From contig CAVURC010000019.1 in NCBI GenBank assembly GCA_963743825.1, forward strand, positions 37,858 to 101,857: DNA of 64,000 nucleotides, read 5' to 3'. The stretch's first letter is position 1; every line of letters starts with the position of its first letter. Below are positions 59,353-64,000 of this stretch, in pieces. Both the position numbers and the translations under genes were made by a program. The notes beneath the pieces were generated by a model that did not search any database, was not told the DNA's origin, and was given only the letters and a program-made list of their open reading frames with translations. The stretch comes from Ilumatobacteraceae bacterium (GTDB taxonomy: Bacteria > Actinomycetota > Acidimicrobiia > Acidimicrobiales > Ilumatobacteraceae).

Positions 59353-60306
59353 GTGGCTCTCTTCTGCACCGACACGTTCCGCGACGCCAACATCGACCGC
59401 CTCGCCGCCGTCGCGCCCGACCTCGAGATCGTGGCGCTTCGGCGTGGCGAGGAGGTCTCGGCTGCCGACATCGAGCGCATCACCATCGCGTTCTTCTCCG
59501 ACGATGCGTGGCCGGAACGGGCGGCACCCTTCATGAAGGTCGCGCTCGAGGCGACCAACCTGCAATGGCTCCACTCGATGTCGGCCGGGGTCGACAGCCC
59601 GATCTTCTCGATGTTCATGGATCGGGGGGCTCGGGTGACCACGTCGTCGGGGGCGAGCGCGGCGCCGATCGCGGGCACGGTGATGCTGTATCTCCTGGCG
59701 CTGAGCCGCGGCTTGCCCCGGTGGATGCGGGCGCAGGCGGCCCACGAGTGGAGCCCGGCCCCGTTCCGTGAGCTCGACGGGCAACGACTCGTGGTCGTCG
59801 GCTACGGGCCGATCGGCCAGGAGGTGGTTCGCCTCGCCGAAGCATTCCGGATGGATCCGGTGATCGTCCGTCGCGCTGCCCACGGTGACGAGCCATGCCA
59901 GGTCCGACCACTCGCCGAGTTGACGGACGCGGTGAGCGACGCCGATGCCGTGGTGGTTGCGCTCCCGCTCACCGACACGACCCGCGGCATCGTGTCGGCC
60001 GACGTGATCGCCGCCATGGCGTCGCACGCGATGTTCGTCAACGTCGGGCGGGGCGAACTCGTCGATCAGGTTGCGTTGACCGACGCGCTGACATCGGGGC
60101 GCCTCGGTGGAGCGGGTCTCGATGTGTTCGCGACCGAGCCCCTCCCCGCTGACGACCCGCTGTGGGATCTGCCCAACGTGATCATCTCGCCCCACAACTC
60201 GGGGGCGAGCAATGGGTCGACGCAACGGGTCGTCGAGATCTTCCTCGACAACCTCGGCCGGTTCGTCAGCGGCGAGCCATTGCGCAACGAGGTGCAACGA
60301 CCCTGA
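59353..60306 (+). CDS. D-isomer-specific 2-hydroxyacid dehydrogenase family protein
   Basis: NAD motif VVVGYGPIGQEV, catalytic MFVNVGRGELVD, PHNSG. Confidence 0.75.
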   Translation: MALFCTDTFRDANIDRLAAVAPDLEIVALRRGEEVSAADIERITIAFFSDDAWPERAAPFMKVALEATNLQWLHSMSAGVDSPIFSMFMDRGARVTTSSGASAAPIAGTVMLYLLALSRGLPRWMRAQAAHEWSPAPFRELDGQRLVVVGYGPIGQEVVRLAEAFRMDPVIVRRAAHGDEPCQVRPLAELTDAVSDADAVVVALPLTDTTRGIVSADVIAAMASHAMFVNVGRGELVDQVALTDALTSGRLGGAGLDVFATEPLPADDPLWDLPNVIISPHNSGASNGSTQRVVEIFLDNLGRFVSGEPLRNEVQRP

Positions 60307-60317
60307 TGTTCGCTGTG

Positions 60318-61163
60318 TCAGGCGGCGATCGGGTCTGCGTGGGCGCGGAGCTTCTCGATGGCTCGCTCCACCCGGCGACGTACGGCCTGTGGTGTCACGC
60401 CGAGCACATCGGCGATGTCGGCGAACGTGACGGCCTCGTGGCCGCGCAGGCCGAACCGTGCGGCCACGGCGTACCGGCTCGTGGGGTCGAGGTGGTCGAG
60501 CAGAGCGTCGATCTGATCGCCCCGGATGTTTCGTTCGGCAACCTCGTCGGGGCCTTCGTCACTGCTGCGCACCATTGCGCCGATGGTGTCGGTGCTGTCG
60601 CCGAGGGGACGGTCCATCGACTCGAGGTGGCTGAGCATGTCGATCATGGCCAGGTCGCCGGTGAGGTGACCGGAGTTCGCAGTCGCGGCGTTGCGCAGCT
60701 CTCGGGTGCGGTGACCAGGGATCCTGATCGTGGTGGCCGACGCTTCGAGGCCCCGTTGGATCGACTGGCGGATCCACCAGGTGGCGTAGGTCGAGAACTT
60801 GTACCCGCGGCGCCAGTCGAACTTCTCGACGGCCTTGTCGAGGCCGATCATGCCGTCTTGGACGAGGTCGTCGCGGTCGAGGTGCATCGGCACGTTGAAC
60901 TTGTTGGCGATGCTCTGCACCAGGCGGACGTTGGCTTCGATGAAGTGATGGCGGGCGTTCTCCCCGTCGATGACCAACTGTTCGTCGCCGGCGTGTGCGC
61001 TGCCGTCGGCGATGCGTCGCGCCGCATTGCGTCCGGCTTCGATCGCCTCGGCGAGGACCCGTTCGTCGCAGGCAGTGAGGAGCGCACGGCGGTCGTGACG
61101 GTGAGGTCGTCGGCCAATGGTGGAGGGGGTGGGCAGGTTCTCGATCGTGCGGTGTGCGGCCAT
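60318..61163 (-). CDS. RNA polymerase sigma-70 family factor (group-2-like, lacks region 1.1)
   Basis: Region 2 (IANKFNVPMHLDRDDLVQDGMIGLDKAVEKFDWRRGYKFSTYATWWIRQSI) and region 4 (FADIADVLGVTPQAVRRRVERAIEKL). Confidence 0.8.
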   Translation of the reverse strand: MAAHRTIENLPTPSTIGRRPHRHDRRALLTACDERVLAEAIEAGRNAARRIADGSAHAGDEQLVIDGENARHHFIEANVRLVQSIANKFNVPMHLDRDDLVQDGMIGLDKAVEKFDWRRGYKFSTYATWWIRQSIQRGLEASATTIRIPGHRTRELRNAATANSGHLTGDLAMIDMLSHLESMDRPLGDSTDTIGAMVRSSDEGPDEVAERNIRGDQIDALLDHLDPTSRYAVAARFGLRGHEAVTFADIADVLGVTPQAVRRRVERAIEKLRAHADPIAA

Positions 61164-61169
61164 GAGGGC

Positions 61170-61210
61170 AGACTAACATACCTTTTCAAAAATGTACATA
61201 TGGAAGGGTA
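61170..61210. promoter_or_regulatory. AT-rich island with ATGTACAT / CATATG palindromes between divergent sigma and wHTH genes
   Basis: TTTTCAAAAATGTACATATGGAAGGG in a ~70% GC background. On the minus strand it carries a TATGTT -10-like hexamer ~11 nt upstream of the sigma ATG. Confidence 0.4.
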
Positions 61211-61224
61211 GTTGGCGGTGACCG

Positions 61225-61593
61225 GTGGGGCCCGTGGCAGTCCGACTCGAAGCACCCGGGCAACACGTGTCTTGCAATACGTATGATCTCCGGGTGACGC
61301 TGACCGAGCCGAAACCCGATTTGCCGTCGTGGACGTTCCTGACGAACCACGCGCATGTGATGGTCGCCCTCAGTCGCGATCCCGATCTCCGCCAACGTGA
61401 TCTCAGCTACGTCGTCGGGATCACCCCGGGCGCCGTGCAGCGAATCCTCGACGATCTCGAGCGGGGCGGCTACCTGCGGCGTCAGAAGGTCGGTCGCCGG
61501 AACCATTACGAGATCAACGACGGCTCCCGGCTGCGACATCCCCTCGAAGGCGAACACACCGTCGGTGAACTCCTCGACATGCTGCACGACTGA
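61225..61593 (+). CDS. winged-helix (MarR/ArsR-like) transcriptional regulator
   Basis: HTH region LSRDPDLRQRDLSYVVGITPGAVQRILDDLERGGYLRR. Confidence 0.55.
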   Translation: MGPVAVRLEAPGQHVSCNTYDLRVTLTEPKPDLPSWTFLTNHAHVMVALSRDPDLRQRDLSYVVGITPGAVQRILDDLERGGYLRRQKVGRRNHYEINDGSRLRHPLEGEHTVGELLDMLHD

Positions 61594-61636
61594 ACTCCAC
61601 GACTACTCTTGCGCGACGTATGACCGTTGAGTCGAG

Positions 61637-62541
61637 GTGTTCCTGATGGGTCCCGCTGGGTGGATTGCAGTGCTCGTCGGCGTCGGGGCCGTGGTCTTCG
61701 TCGTCTGGCTGGTGCTCCTCGAAACGTCGATCCGGGTCGAGCCGGGCACGCTCGCTCTGCTGCTCAAGCGGGGCCAGTCCACGAGCAGGGCACTGGAGCC
61801 GGGCCGCCACTTCATGCAACCGTGGCGCAAGGCGATGGTCGAGCTCTACCCGTCACGGGAGCTGGCGCTCATTGCGGGCGGCCCGGGATCGGGCGATCCT
61901 CGGGTCGATGCGACCGATGTGCCGCTTCGGCTCCATTTCGGTGACAAGACGTTTGCCACGGTGAGCTACACCGTGCGATGTCAGCTCGACACCAGTCGGC
62001 TCCAGTCGGTGCACGACCAGTTCGGGCCGGAGGGGATCTGGTCGGCGCTGCGTGACACGACGCGCCGGAGTCTGATCGCGGAGGCCGGCAACGTGTCGAT
62101 CGACGACGCGTTCGGTGAGCGGTACCGGCATTGGAACAGCGTCTGGGTGCGGCGGTCGGTGAGGCGCTCGGCGAGATCGGGTTCCAGTTGAAGAGTGTTC
62201 AGCCTGCGTGAGATCGACCTCGGTGAGACCGGAGAGATCATCCAGTCGACGTTGCGCGCCGACGCTGAACTCGAACGCGAGCAGGCAATGGTCAAGGTCC
62301 GCCAGGCCCGGCTCGAGAACGACACCGCCATGGGGGAACTGGCTGCGAGCATCGATGGTGACGTGTTGCTGCGTTACCGCCAGCTCGAGTCGTGGCGTGA
62401 CATCTTGGCGCGCTGGGACGGCGACCAGGCGATCCCGTCGGCGTTGTCGGCACCGCTCGCGTCGGCTGCGGCGGGTCCGGAGGTTCAGCTGACGAACAGT
62501 GACGAGCAGAGCCTGAACGAGGAAGCGTCGTCGACGGACGA

Positions 62542-62551
<10 letters not shown>
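61637..62551 (+). pseudogene. SPFH/Band-7 domain protein with two closely spaced frameshifts (near 62125 and 62200)
   Basis: N-terminal TM plus SPFH core in frame 61637. Middle segment ALEQRLGAAVGEALGEIGFQLKSV in a second frame. C-terminal coiled coil (SLREIDLGETGEIIQ...) in frame 62195. Confidence 0.6.

Positions 62552-64000
<1,449 letters not shown>

Noticed and set aside
58135-60297. 720-aa minus-strand ORF
   Set aside because: Antisense to the class III aminotransferase and D-2-hydroxyacid dehydrogenase.

Overview
This is a high-GC (~70%) actinobacterial chromosomal segment with mycobacterium-like gene order and about 65 protein-coding genes. No tRNA, rRNA or CRISPR array was seen.

Gene content, start to end:
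- parB (3' end), a cwlM-like amidase, trxA, trxB, a small membrane protein, an anti-sigma factor, a SigM-like ECF sigma and a PknB-like Ser/Thr kinase. This matches the mycobacterial Rv3910–Rv3917 neighbourhood.
- DegV, an Rv3909-like secreted protein, a GNAT acetyltransferase, CCA-adding enzyme, a PAS-GGDEF-EAL protein, a methyltransferase, DUF5318 and DUF192.
- The rpsF-ssb-rpsR-rplI-dnaB cluster.
- A DSD1-like PLP enzyme divergent from a class V aminotransferase, then a three-gene operon of two tandem R2-like diiron proteins and a Zn-ribbon protein.
- purE-purK, pirin, an MFS transporter, trmB, azlCD, a PH-domain/SHOCT protein next to a flotillin, a TauD–amidohydrolase–BVMO operon, trkH-trkA, engB, a FabH-like ketosynthase–TetR–MmpL locus, PhyH, a duplicated ABC-2 exporter, an F420-type LLM oxidoreductase, VOC proteins, a geranylgeranyl reductase, a beta-lactamase-like hydrolase, sodC, nitronate monooxygenase, a class III aminotransferase, a D-2-hydroxyacid dehydrogenase, a group-2-like sigma factor, a wHTH regulator, an SPFH protein and the start of a pyruvate:ferredoxin oxidoreductase.

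Non-coding structure:
- A same-strand cluster of DnaA-box-like TTGTCCACA motifs upstream of dnaB.
- A 39-bp perfect palindrome spanning the convergent stop codons of dnaB and its neighbour.
- A double palindromic operator overlapping the start of the R2-like operon.
- A family of three 53-bp imperfect palindromic repeats showing compensatory substitutions, two of which flank the MFS gene.
- A TetR operator with three half-sites, a nested 50-bp palindrome in another divergent promoter, and G-rich G4-like tracts.

At least ten genes carry internal frameshifts, several in short homopolymers. This points to an indel-prone assembly (or unusual pseudogenization). The ECF sigma ORF lacks any ATG/GTG/TTG start and directly abuts the kinase stop in the same frame.
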